From contig CAXXWC010000021.1 of the NCBI GenBank assembly GCA_963668645.2, positions 1,216,001 through 1,280,000 of the forward strand: DNA of 64,000 nt. Direction: 5' to 3'. Made by a program: the position numbers and the translations under genes. The first letter of the stretch is position 1. Each line of letters begins with the position of its first letter. Below are positions 39,336 through 47,717 of the stretch, in pieces. This DNA comes from Desulfobacterales bacterium. Lineage in GTDB: Bacteria > Desulfobacterota > Desulfobacteria > Desulfobacterales > UBA2174. The notes below the pieces were generated by a model. The model saw nothing but the letters and a program-made list of their open reading frames with translations. It searched no databases and was not told the origin of the DNA.

Positions 39336-40106
39336 ATGACCGGTCGCACCCCGTTTATTGCCGGTAACTGGAAAATGTACAAGCTCCCGGCCGAAGCGGC
39401 CCAAACGGCTCGCGAACTCGTGGCGCAGGTAGCGGATGTAAAAGGGGTGGAGGTGATGATCGCCCCGCCCTTCCCAGCACTGGCCGCCACAGCCGAGGCG
39501 CTTCTCGGCTCCAACGTCCGGCTCGGCGCCCAGAACCTTTTCTGGGAGGATGAAGGGGCCTTTACCGGAGAGGTGGCACCGGCCATGCTCACCGCCCTAG
39601 GGGTTAGCTATGCCATCATCGGCCACTCCGAACGGCGCCAGTATTTCGGCGAAACCGACCAGACGGTGCGCCGGCGCGTGGCAGCGGCTTTACGTCACGA
39701 AATGGTGCCGGTTCTTTGCGTCGGTGAAACCGGAGATCAACGGGATGCGGGCCAGACCTTTTCCGTGCTTGACAAACAGCTAACGAATGGTTTAGATGGG
39801 TTCCTTTCGGAACGACTGGGCCGGTTGGTGGTGGCCTACGAACCGGTCTGGGCCATCGGCACCGGCAAGACCGCCACCCGCGGACAGGCTCAGGAAGTCC
39901 ACCACTTTATCCGCCAGCGTTTGTCCGAAGGTTTCGGCCAGGCCTTGGCCGAAGCGGTCCGGATCCTTTACGGAGGCAGCGTCAAACCGGAAAACATCGA
40001 CGGTTTGATGGCCATGGACGACATCGACGGCGCATTGGTTGGCGGTGCCAGTCTCAAGGCCGAGACATTTGCCAAAATCGTGCGCTTCAAGACGCACGGA
40101 AGCTAA
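39336..40106 (+). CDS. tpiA: Triosephosphate isomerase
   Basis: AGNWKM, GHSERR, AYEPVWAIGTG. Confidence 0.99.
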   Translation: MTGRTPFIAGNWKMYKLPAEAAQTARELVAQVADVKGVEVMIAPPFPALAATAEALLGSNVRLGAQNLFWEDEGAFTGEVAPAMLTALGVSYAIIGHSERRQYFGETDQTVRRRVAAALRHEMVPVLCVGETGDQRDAGQTFSVLDKQLTNGLDGFLSERLGRLVVAYEPVWAIGTGKTATRGQAQEVHHFIRQRLSEGFGQALAEAVRILYGGSVKPENIDGLMAMDDIDGALVGGASLKAETFAKIVRFKTHGS

Positions 40107-40119
40107 GAAGTCAGGTATT

Positions 40120-40491
40120 ATGGCGATTTTTCTGGTTATTATTCATGTAGTGGTCTGCATCGCACTGATCATGATCGTGCTGCTCCAGACCGGCAAGGGG
40201 GCCGACATGGGCGCCGCCTTCGGTATGGGCGCCAGTCAGACCCTCTTCGGCTCCTCTGGGGCCGGCGGCTTTCTGAGCCGGGCCACCACAGTGGCGGCGG
40301 TGGTTTTCATGCTCACCAGCCTGACCCTGGCGTACATGTCGGGCAACCGCACGAGCCAGTCGATCATGACTGAAGTGCCCGCGGCCACCCAGACGACGGA
40401 GCAATCTTCGGCCGCACCCCAGCCGGCAGCCGATGCGCCGGCGGATTCAGGTTCAACAACGGCGGCCCCGGCCGCAACCGATAAGAAGTGA
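40120..40491 (+). CDS. secG: Preprotein translocase subunit SecG
   Basis: VLLQTGKGADMGAAFG, two TM helices; tpiA-secG-tRNA-Leu synteny. Confidence 0.95.
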   Translation: MAIFLVIIHVVVCIALIMIVLLQTGKGADMGAAFGMGASQTLFGSSGAGGFLSRATTVAAVVFMLTSLTLAYMSGNRTSQSIMTEVPAATQTTEQSSAAPQPAADAPADSGSTTAAPAATDKK

Positions 40492-40503
40492 TGTTAGATT
40501 TTT

Positions 40504-40590
40504 GCCGAAGTGGTGGAATTTGGTAGACACGCTATCTTGAGGGGGTAGTGGGCTACGCCCGTGCCGGTTCAAGTCCGGCCTTCGGCACCA
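40504..40590 (+). tRNA. tRNA-Leu(GAG), prophage integration target
   Basis: 87-nt cloverleaf with long variable arm, loop TT-GAG-GG, CCA end. Confidence 0.96.
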
Positions 40591-40596
40591 AATTTT
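40563..40596 (+). repeat. attL core (34 bp)
   Basis: GCCGGTTCAAGTCCGGCCTTCGGCACCAAATTTT, identical to 56406-56439. Confidence 0.95.
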
Positions 40597-40602
40597 ATAA
40601 GT

Positions 40603-40640
40603 GAAAAGAGGGGCTTGCGATTTCCGCAGCCCCTCTTTTC
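40603..40640. terminator. Hairpin terminator between tRNA-Leu and the convergent repressor gene
   Basis: GAAAAGAGGGGC...GCCCCTCTTTTC 12-bp stem extended by TGCG/CGCA. Confidence 0.75.
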
Positions 40641-40712
40641 GTTGGTCAGTGGTTGTTCAGAAACTCCCTGCCCATGCACCCCACCATGTTTAGCTGAAAC
40701 TAAGTCCTAAGG

Positions 40713-41084
40713 TCAAATTCCTTTGGATGCAAGAAAATGAGCCTCAATACAAGTAGCAAGGGCTTTGCTGATATGGTCCCTGTGCTCAAGAACCTGAGCC
40801 GTTTTGCCCAAAAGGTCGCTGATCTTGTATGATTGGAAATCAGTAATCCCCCTATCCTCTCCCCGCAAAAGCCAATTCAGATCTACATCAGACTGCAAAG
40901 CCCATGTGACTATCAGGGGAATCAAGGACTTGTTTTTCTTCCTGGCACTGAAGTTCTGATGAGAAACCCCTAAAATTTCAGCAAATTCCTTATCTGTCTT
41001 AACTCCGGCAACCTGCTTAGACCTTTCCAGGATCAATAAAAAATCGGGCTCCGATAAAATAATATTTGATTTTTCACTTGACAT
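40713..41084 (-). CDS. Phage CI-like HTH repressor
   Basis: TDKEFAEILGVSHQNFSARK...VDLNWLLRGE; divergent from the phage operon. Confidence 0.8.
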   Translation of the reverse strand: MSSEKSNIILSEPDFLLILERSKQVAGVKTDKEFAEILGVSHQNFSARKKNKSLIPLIVTWALQSDVDLNWLLRGEDRGITDFQSYKISDLLGKTAQVLEHRDHISKALATCIEAHFLASKGI

Positions 41085-41107
41085 TGCAAATTTTATTTGA
41101 TTCTAAT
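41078..41107 (+). promoter_or_regulatory. Candidate sigma70 promoter for the phage operon, overlapping the repressor start codon
   Basis: TTGACA (41078-41083), 18 nt, TCTAAT (41102-41107). Confidence 0.55.
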
Positions 41108-41555
41108 GGCCCCCAGGAAATCATTCCTTGCATAAATGGGCAAGTAAATCAAATGTATCCCGACCGATATAAAGTTGAAAAACCAAGCCCCTCCCGAAGC
41201 CGAAAGGACTTTGCAGGGGCTTCTTTTATGGCTCTAAGAAAGTTAACCCCCTGCAATAAAAACAATTCTTGCAAGCCTATCAGGAAATCCGATCATAGTC
41301 GATTTAAAAATAATAATTGTAAATTCAGAGATTTAACATTCATTCAGCCTGAAAGGCAGATGTAGCCATGGAAGCAAGCCAGTCCAAGCAGGTCCAGTTG
41401 TCGCTATTTGAAGGAATCCCCTACCCCACAAGACGCTCCACCCCGAAAATAACCATGAATGATGTCCTGTGCGGCTCCCTGCGTCTGGTGGGGGCCACTT
41501 CGAAAGAATCCGGGAACGGGAACCCCTTCCCGGAAACCCAGCTGAAAAGGGGGAA

Positions 41556-41840
41556 ATGACCATGGAAGCTACCACAAACGCCAACACCGGGAACGAAATC
41601 AAGCTGGGTAAGGAAATAGAAGAAATCCTGAAACAGAATAAAAAGAGCATTGAAGCTGCCGCGAAAGCCGGGAGTGTAATCAAGCTGAGTCGGGAAACGG
41701 TCATAAAGGTTCTGAAAAGGGAGTTAGCCGAAGCCGAAGAGGGAAAGGCAAAGGCCTGTCTATATCGTGATGACCATTACAGGGGTTTCGAATCCGGCCG
41801 GACCAGCTCCCTGAAATTCGCCATAAGGCTTTTATCGTAG
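41556..41840 (+). CDS. Phage hypothetical protein
   Basis: ATG at 41556/41562 after a G-rich RBS; charged, helical-looking 92-94 aa protein. Confidence 0.6.
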   Translation: MTMEATTNANTGNEIKLGKEIEEILKQNKKSIEAAAKAGSVIKLSRETVIKVLKRELAEAEEGKAKACLYRDDHYRGFESGRTSSLKFAIRLLS

Positions 41841-41867
41841 CCGAACCACAACCAAAGGAGGGAAATC

Positions 41868-42140
41868 ATGAGCGAACTATCACCTATGGTCTTACAAGGC
41901 ACTATTGTGGGTATCACCAAGCGGCAGATCCGCCCCAGGCAAGGCGGGAAAAAATTCGATCCGTTCACCGTGTATACCTATTTCGTGGTGGGCGAAGGGA
42001 AACGAAGTCCAGTAGCAATCAGATCGACCGAAAACGGCCGGCAAGTTGGCGATGAAGTGGAGATCCCCTTTTACATCAAGCCCTGGCAGACCGAGAAGAG
42101 TTCAGGCTACGAGCTTCGGGAGGCAACGTCGCGAGATTGA
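41868..42140 (+). CDS. pV-like single-stranded DNA-binding protein
   Basis: 90 aa, beta-strand pattern (LQGTIVGITKR...YTYFV...GDEVEIPFYI), strong AAGGAGG RBS, inovirus context. Confidence 0.65.
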   Translation: MSELSPMVLQGTIVGITKRQIRPRQGGKKFDPFTVYTYFVVGEGKRSPVAIRSTENGRQVGDEVEIPFYIKPWQTEKSSGYELREATSRD

Positions 42141-42204
42141 CGAATCCGGACCGGATCGCATCTCCCCGGCGATTCGGTCTTTCTTCTTCGGGAAGGTCTT
42201 CGGG

Positions 42205-43815
42205 ATGAAAAAAGTAGTCGCCATGATGTGGTGGTTATGGGTCGTTTCGGTTATCTGCATGATAAAAGTGCCGTCAACGGAAGCAACCTGCGGGTGGAGA
42301 TATGTACGCTGGGAATATGAGGACGGTAGTTGTGTAAGTAATAACTGCGCGACGCATGATGAAACAATTTGTTATGATTACTGCACCGCATATGGGTATT
42401 GCTATGTGATTAGAACAACTACGCCACCGAGTACTGAAACACCGCACAACCCGAGATGTGAGGGGACAGACTTTCTCCATTGTGATGGAGAATCTTGCGT
42501 GTGTCTTGAGAATATGGGCGGGGAATATTCGGCGCCGCCTGCGTGGATGAGCTGTACAGAAGGTGAAGACTGTATAGATGAGGATGGAGATGGAATTAAC
42601 GATATTTACGAGCCGCAAGTCGTGCCGGACTTAGACCAAGATGGAATACCGGATGATTACGATTTTTACCCCGATGACCCTGATGAATATCAATGGCGGC
42701 CATTTGTAAAAATTAAAGATGGTGAAGGGGAGGTTATCGCCTATGGCCTCGAAACAGATAAAGGAGATAAATTCACGGTAGGTTCCAACAATTGGCCAGA
42801 AGATTATCAAGTACATATAATGATAGGTCAAGACTGGCAATCGGCAGCAAGTTATCAAAGTTGGTCCTCGTCTGGCAGTGCAAATCAAGGTGTAACAAAA
42901 GGCTTTTCCTGGGGTGGTTCATCCGGAGGATCAACAACCGGAGGTACAGGGTCAACCGGAGGGTCGACGACTGGGGGCTCGGGCTCGGGTTCGGGATCAC
43001 CGAGTGGCGGTCAGCCAGACAACGGCGGATACCCGACGATAGGGCAGCAGCCGGTAGAAGGCGATACGGATGGCCAGTTACTGGAGAAGATTGCAGAAAA
43101 CACAGCGTCCGGCACCAGCAATCAGGATCTGCTTTTGCAGGCGCAGCGCAAAGCGATAGAAAACCAGGTAGGAATTACGAACAACCAGCAATTGCAGTTG
43201 ACCGAGCAAAGAACCATTGCAAACAATACACAAGCAATTGCAAACAACCAAGGTGTTCTAAATCAAGAGATACAGAACATCACGAATAATACAGCGGCAG
43301 TAGCAGACAATCAAGGGGTGATCAAAAATGAGCTGCAAACGTCAAATAAAAAAGCGGACTTGTCGCTTACCTTGGATCAAACAAGAAATACGAAATTAGA
43401 TAATCAATCCAAGATTCTTGAAGATATCAAGGATGAGTTGGAAAAACCGGATGGATCATTCGAACACGGATCAACCGGAGAATATGAAGGAAATGATTAC
43501 AGTCAATCGGAGGATTTAGAAATCCAAACCAAGCTGGACGAACTTGGAACGTCTTATAGTGAACGATTCGAAGAATTCATTGAAAATCTTAAAGGTTCAT
43601 CTTTCTTAAGCGCTCAGCTTGAATATTTTAAAAATCTTCCATCGAGTTCGGATTCAATAATAGAAGTAAATATCGGGAAATGGGGCAACGAAAGCCAGCA
43701 AAAAGCAACCATTGACATGACAGCCTATGCCGATAGCTTTCAAATCATGAAAACCATTTTGATGGTGGTGTGCGGATTTTTCTGCATTCGGATCATATTA
43801 CTGAAAAAGGGTTGA
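42205..43815 (+). CDS. pIII-like adsorption protein (536 aa)
   Basis: Signal peptide from MKKVV, Cys-rich N-domain, Gly/Ser linker, C-terminal TM anchor ending KKG; directly upstream of pVI and pI. Confidence 0.8.
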   Translation: MKKVVAMMWWLWVVSVICMIKVPSTEATCGWRYVRWEYEDGSCVSNNCATHDETICYDYCTAYGYCYVIRTTTPPSTETPHNPRCEGTDFLHCDGESCVCLENMGGEYSAPPAWMSCTEGEDCIDEDGDGINDIYEPQVVPDLDQDGIPDDYDFYPDDPDEYQWRPFVKIKDGEGEVIAYGLETDKGDKFTVGSNNWPEDYQVHIMIGQDWQSAASYQSWSSSGSANQGVTKGFSWGGSSGGSTTGGTGSTGGSTTGGSGSGSGSPSGGQPDNGGYPTIGQQPVEGDTDGQLLEKIAENTASGTSNQDLLLQAQRKAIENQVGITNNQQLQLTEQRTIANNTQAIANNQGVLNQEIQNITNNTAAVADNQGVIKNELQTSNKKADLSLTLDQTRNTKLDNQSKILEDIKDELEKPDGSFEHGSTGEYEGNDYSQSEDLEIQTKLDELGTSYSERFEEFIENLKGSSFLSAQLEYFKNLPSSSDSIIEVNIGKWGNESQQKATIDMTAYADSFQIMKTILMVVCGFFCIRIILLKKG

Positions 43816-43818
43816 TTC

Positions 43819-44178
43819 ATGGATTGGATAAACTTCGATTTTAGCCAGATGCTCGATAAGATCCATTCATTCCTGGATCAGTTCTTCAATCAGGTAAAGG
43901 ATCTTGCTGACTGGTTCATAGCTCAGGTCATATATCTTCTGGGAAAAATGCTTTACACGATTTACTCTATCTTTCTCTTGCTCGTAGAAAGCATCGTCAA
44001 TGGAATCTCCTTTGTTGGAAGCACGGCAATCGATTTTGCGCAATGGGCAAACCTTCCCCCTGAGGTAATCTGGATGATGCATCAAATAGGATTGCCCCAA
44101 TGTCTTTCCATGATTGCGGCGGCCATCATGATTCGAGTAACTTTGAATTTGATTCCAGGGGTCCTGACGCGGATATGA
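43819..44178 (+). CDS. pVI-like minor coat protein (DUF2523-like)
   Basis: 119 aa hydrophobic, LPPEVIWMMHQIGLPQCLSMIAAAIMIR...IP; stop overlaps the zot start (ATGA). Confidence 0.8.
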   Translation: MDWINFDFSQMLDKIHSFLDQFFNQVKDLADWFIAQVIYLLGKMLYTIYSIFLLLVESIVNGISFVGSTAIDFAQWANLPPEVIWMMHQIGLPQCLSMIAAAIMIRVTLNLIPGVLTRI

Positions 44179-45107
44179 TCATTTTCTACATAGGCGGAAC
44201 CGGCTGCGGGAAATCCTATTATGCCGTCAAGAAGATGATGGAACTTTTACGTACAGGCCGGAGGATCTACACGAACATGGACGGATTTGATGATCCTCAA
44301 TGCCGTGAATGGATTTCCCAATATACGCAAGTTCCATTGGACGTGCTGCATGAACAATTAGTCTATATCCCCCCGCGCAAAGTCCGTAGCTTTTGGGAAG
44401 ATGTGGAACCCGGATCGGTGATCAATATAGATGAGATTCATAAATGGTATCATGCCCGGGACTGGAACACGTCGGAAAACAAAAATTTCGGCATCTGGGC
44501 ATCCGAGCATCGAAAGGCCGGCTACGATCTACTCTTGATCACCCAGAATATAAGCAAGTGTGAAAAGACCGTCCGGGAGCTGGCCACCTTCACGTACATG
44601 TTTAAGAAGCTGAATATGTTCGGAAGGATGGGAGAGAAAAAGTTCATGATGCGGGCCTATCTGGAAGACGACACCCTGAGCACTCCCATCATGACCCGTT
44701 TCCATAACTACGATCCGGCTGTTTATCAGTGTTACAAGTCCTACATCAATAAAGACATTAAGGAAGAGGGGCTTTTAGAGACTATGAACGTTTTCAAGAA
44801 GCCGATTTTTATTGCGATTCCACTTATGATCGCCATCAGCCTTTACTTTGCAAGCAAATCCGGTTTCCTAAACGGAGGAAACCCGATCGAAGCGGCCCAG
44901 GCCAGAACGGAACAAATCAAGAATGAAAAAAGAGTGTCAATGGCCAAGGACAACCCGCCCGTTCCGCAGATTGCAAGGGAAAAAGCTTCGCCGGCGAAAG
45001 AGGAAGAAAAGGAAGTTTACCAACTCATTGCCACTGTCAACGGTATTGAATATTTAAGAAACATGGAAACAGGGAACATCGTTCGGCGGCAACAAGGCCG
45101 GCCGTAG
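44175..45107 (+). CDS. Zot/pI-family phage assembly ATPase
   Basis: GGTGCGKSYYAV (Walker A), IYTN, IDEIH (Walker B), HRKAGYDLLLITQ, C-terminal TM; start at 44175. Confidence 0.93.
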   Translation: MIIFYIGGTGCGKSYYAVKKMMELLRTGRRIYTNMDGFDDPQCREWISQYTQVPLDVLHEQLVYIPPRKVRSFWEDVEPGSVINIDEIHKWYHARDWNTSENKNFGIWASEHRKAGYDLLLITQNISKCEKTVRELATFTYMFKKLNMFGRMGEKKFMMRAYLEDDTLSTPIMTRFHNYDPAVYQCYKSYINKDIKEEGLLETMNVFKKPIFIAIPLMIAISLYFASKSGFLNGGNPIEAAQARTEQIKNEKRVSMAKDNPPVPQIAREKASPAKEEEKEVYQLIATVNGIEYLRNMETGNIVRRQQGRP

Positions 45108-45149
45108 GCGAAGCCCGGCGGCCATGTTGCCGCCGAACGGGAGCCGATT

Positions 45150-46424
45150 ATGGAATTGAAAAAAATCATGCTACTGACCTTGATTCTTGCGGGCTGTGCC
45201 TTGCCTGAAAAGTCCATGCCGAAACTGCCTTTTGAGCCCATGGAGTTTACCGAGAAGACTTTTACCATAAGCGAGATTGTCCATATTGAGGATTACCTTG
45301 CCAGGATTCCGGACCGGCAAGTAGACATAGACGTTCACAACACCCTTAAGCTACGCGATTTCATTAGCGTGCTCACTGCTGCCGGCATCAACATCATTGC
45401 AAACATATCTCCGGAAACCGAAATCACCGTGCCCAAGTACAGCGGAGACATAAAGCCGCTTTTAAAGGGGATTCAGGAAAGCCATGGCCTGCACTTCTAT
45501 TTTTCCAACAACACCCTTTCAATCCGGGAAAAGCTGCCGGTATCAGTGCTGGTGCTTTTCCCCGAGACCAAAGAGAACGTCATAGCCCTTGTACAGTCCT
45601 TCGGCGTCGAGAATCCTTTTTACGATGCGTCCACGTCCCGGGTGGTGTTCGAGTCCGATTACATCACCTACATGCGGATCAAGGACTATTTCGCCGCTGC
45701 TCACACGCTGAACTTCGTGGTCATGGACGTGGTGATAATCGAGACTGACGAGACCGAATCAATTGAAAGCGGCATAGACTTAAAGACCCTGGCGGCCTCC
45801 ATGGGGGCCATCGGGTTGAAAGACCTGGCCCAGGTGGCAGGGCTCACCGATGGGGGATTCTTGCTCAAGCTGCAAGGGCACAATGTCGACCTTCAGGCGG
45901 CCATCAAGTATTTCCAGGACAAGGGGCATTATCGAATCATTCAAAACGCCCGGCTGTCGACCATCAACGGCCACCAGGCGGTGTTGGATATTTCGGATAA
46001 GATTCCATACGTCGATTCCATTCAAATAACCTCCTTGTCCGATAACGCGGAGAACGTTCAAGCCTATACCTTTGCCTCTGTATCCTCGGGTCTGGTCCTG
46101 ACCGTGACGCCAATTGTTCATCCGGGAATTATTGCCATCAGCTTTGATTGCCGTCTTCAGAACGTCAAGGACTTCCTGCAGGTGGGACCGGCGGACCAGC
46201 AGATATCGAGGCCGGTTACTTCTGTACGATCGATAAAATCAACCATAGGCGTGACGCCCGGGGAAATCGTCATCGTTGGCGGTTTGAAATATCAAGGCGT
46301 CAGCCGGGCGAGTCATACACTTATAAAGCCGCAGATCGGGAGCGAGTCTTTAGAATCTTCCATCTTACATCTGTCGATAGTTCTGCGGGCCTCGATTGTT
46401 TCCGTCCACATAGAAAGGGGGTGA
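45150..46424 (+). CDS. pIV-like secretin with a lipoprotein signal
   Basis: MELKKIMLLTLILAGC lipobox; NARLSTINGHQAVL...IPYV...GLVLTVTP...GEIVIVGGL secretin core. Confidence 0.85.
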   Translation: MELKKIMLLTLILAGCALPEKSMPKLPFEPMEFTEKTFTISEIVHIEDYLARIPDRQVDIDVHNTLKLRDFISVLTAAGINIIANISPETEITVPKYSGDIKPLLKGIQESHGLHFYFSNNTLSIREKLPVSVLVLFPETKENVIALVQSFGVENPFYDASTSRVVFESDYITYMRIKDYFAAAHTLNFVVMDVVIIETDETESIESGIDLKTLAASMGAIGLKDLAQVAGLTDGGFLLKLQGHNVDLQAAIKYFQDKGHYRIIQNARLSTINGHQAVLDISDKIPYVDSIQITSLSDNAENVQAYTFASVSSGLVLTVTPIVHPGIIAISFDCRLQNVKDFLQVGPADQQISRPVTSVRSIKSTIGVTPGEIVIVGGLKYQGVSRASHTLIKPQIGSESLESSILHLSIVLRASIVSVHIERG

Positions 46425-46428
46425 TGCA

Positions 46429-46563
46429 ATGGAGTGGACACCTTTAATTAGCTCCGCGATGTTTACCGGAGTTACGGCAGATGTGAACATGGCGGCAGCA
46501 GGGGTCATTACCATAGCCATGATCATTTTGGGTGTGGGACTGCTGCTTAAAATCCTGAGCTAA
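46429..46563 (+). CDS. Coat-protein-like peptide 1 (44 aa)
   Basis: Manual translation MEWTPLISSAMFTGVTADVNMAAAGVITIAMIILGVGLLLKILS, after an AGGGGG RBS. Confidence 0.7.
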   Translation: MEWTPLISSAMFTGVTADVNMAAAGVITIAMIILGVGLLLKILS

Positions 46564-46596
46564 CCAACCATCATCAATCAAAAAGGAGAATTTGTC

Positions 46597-46749
46597 ATGA
46601 CCATGTCCCTTACCGATGTTTTGGCGGCCGCTTCCATCGATTCCTTGGGTGATGCCGTTATCGCCCTGGTGATCACCTTCCTGACCATTCGGCTGGCCAT
46701 GGCTGGCGGAGCTTACGTGCTGCGCATGCTGCCCCGGTTCCGCGGCTAA
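46597..46749 (+). CDS. Probable major coat protein (pVIII-like, 50 aa)
   Basis: Manual translation MTMSLTDVLAAASIDSLGDAVIALVITFLTIRLAMAGGAYVLRMLPRFRG: acidic N-terminus, TM, basic C-terminus; AAGGAG RBS; followed by hairpins. Confidence 0.75.
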   Translation: MTMSLTDVLAAASIDSLGDAVIALVITFLTIRLAMAGGAYVLRMLPRFRG

Positions 46750-46754
46750 TCAAC

Positions 46755-46825
46755 CGGGAGGGATGCCACAGGGCACCCCTCCCGCCACTGTGAAACCAGG
46801 GAAGGGGGCGCACTCCCCCTTCCCT
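46755..46825 (+). terminator. Two GC-rich hairpins after the major-coat candidate
   Basis: GGGAGGGATGCC-ACAG-GGCACCCCTCCC and AGGGAAGGGGG-CGCACT-CCCCCTTCCCT. No U-tract, so function is uncertain. Confidence 0.5.
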
Positions 46826-46840
46826 TACCAAGGTAATACC

Positions 46841-47194
46841 ATGGCCGACTTTACCAGCACAAGAACTGCGGCGGAAATGCTTCAGGATGCGGTGTGGGAT
46901 GTTGTTGACAACCTGCTATCCGGCTTTGTGTCGAATGACTTGATGATCGTTGTAACGTTCATTCTTTCTCTTGAGATAATTGTCGTGGCGGTTACTTGGA
47001 TATATCGGATTTTGACAAGAATCCCCGAGGAAAGAGAAGCCCGAAATGCTTTCAAGGCTTACATGTATAGCAAAGGCAAATTCGATGAACCCATTATGAA
47101 AAGAAGATACGAAGAAAGTCTTGCAGATTATGAAATAGAGGGTTTTAGAAGACATCATGGCGACGGACCTATAAAGGTAGAAATAAGGTCTTAA
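46841..47194 (+). CDS. Phage membrane protein (117 aa)
   Basis: MADFT... with a single TM (LMIVVTFILSLEIIVVAVTWIY) and a charged C-terminus. Confidence 0.65.
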   Translation: MADFTSTRTAAEMLQDAVWDVVDNLLSGFVSNDLMIVVTFILSLEIIVVAVTWIYRILTRIPEEREARNAFKAYMYSKGKFDEPIMKRRYEESLADYEIEGFRRHHGDGPIKVEIRS

Positions 47195-47197
47195 ACA

Positions 47198-47320
47198 ATG
47201 TTTGAATTCAGCTTTGAATATTTCGGTTTCGGGGCCTCCCTGGTAATCGTCTGCTACCTGGTTGGGCTGTCCATTGGCATTATCATTCGAGTTTTAAGGG
47301 ATTTCGGCAATCATGCGTAG
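47198..47320 (+). CDS. pIX-like minor coat peptide (40 aa)
   Basis: Manual translation MFEFSFEYFGFGASLVIVCYLVGLSIGIIIRVLRDFGNHA; starts 4 nt after the previous stop and overlaps the next start. Confidence 0.65.
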   Translation: MFEFSFEYFGFGASLVIVCYLVGLSIGIIIRVLRDFGNHA

Positions 47321-47717
47321 AGTGATTACGACAACGATTTTCATTCTGATCATGCTGGCCCCCGAGGTTTTCTCATCGGACTATTCAAATATCTATATTC
47401 ACGACATGACCACCCATGAAGACGGGTCCTTGTTGCTCGATCTGGAAGACGTAAACGGCTCGATCATCTATCAAGGCGCGACAATCGCCTATTCCAATAG
47501 CAGTAGCCCCCTGCGGGATCTGGCAAGGGAGGCCTTGGACGGTCAGAAGCGAATCAGCTTGATACAGATTACAAACGATCCTTACATATCCTCGATCAAA
47601 TTGGATGCCACAGAATCAAGTGAAAAAAACCTGATGGATCAGTTATCGCTATTGGCAAGCTTTTTTGTTGGGATCTTGGCTATTACTGCCTTTATATGGG
47701 GGTTAAACTGGCGCTGA
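47313..47717 (+). CDS. Secreted-domain protein with a C-terminal pVII-like TM anchor
   Basis: N-terminal signal-like segment; C-terminal LLASFFVGILAITAFIWGLNWR. Confidence 0.6.
   Translation: MRRVITTTIFILIMLAPEVFSSDYSNIYIHDMTTHEDGSLLLDLEDVNGSIIYQGATIAYSNSSSPLRDLAREALDGQKRISLIQITNDPYISSIKLDATESSEKNLMDQLSLLASFFVGILAITAFIWGLNWR

Noticed and set aside
42205..43815. Diversity-generating retroelement acting on pIII
   Set aside because: No reverse transcriptase and no template/variable repeat pair seen in the window.
44175..45107. Zot as an enterotoxin
   Set aside because: Context (pIII-pVI-pI-secretin) marks it as the phage assembly ATPase.
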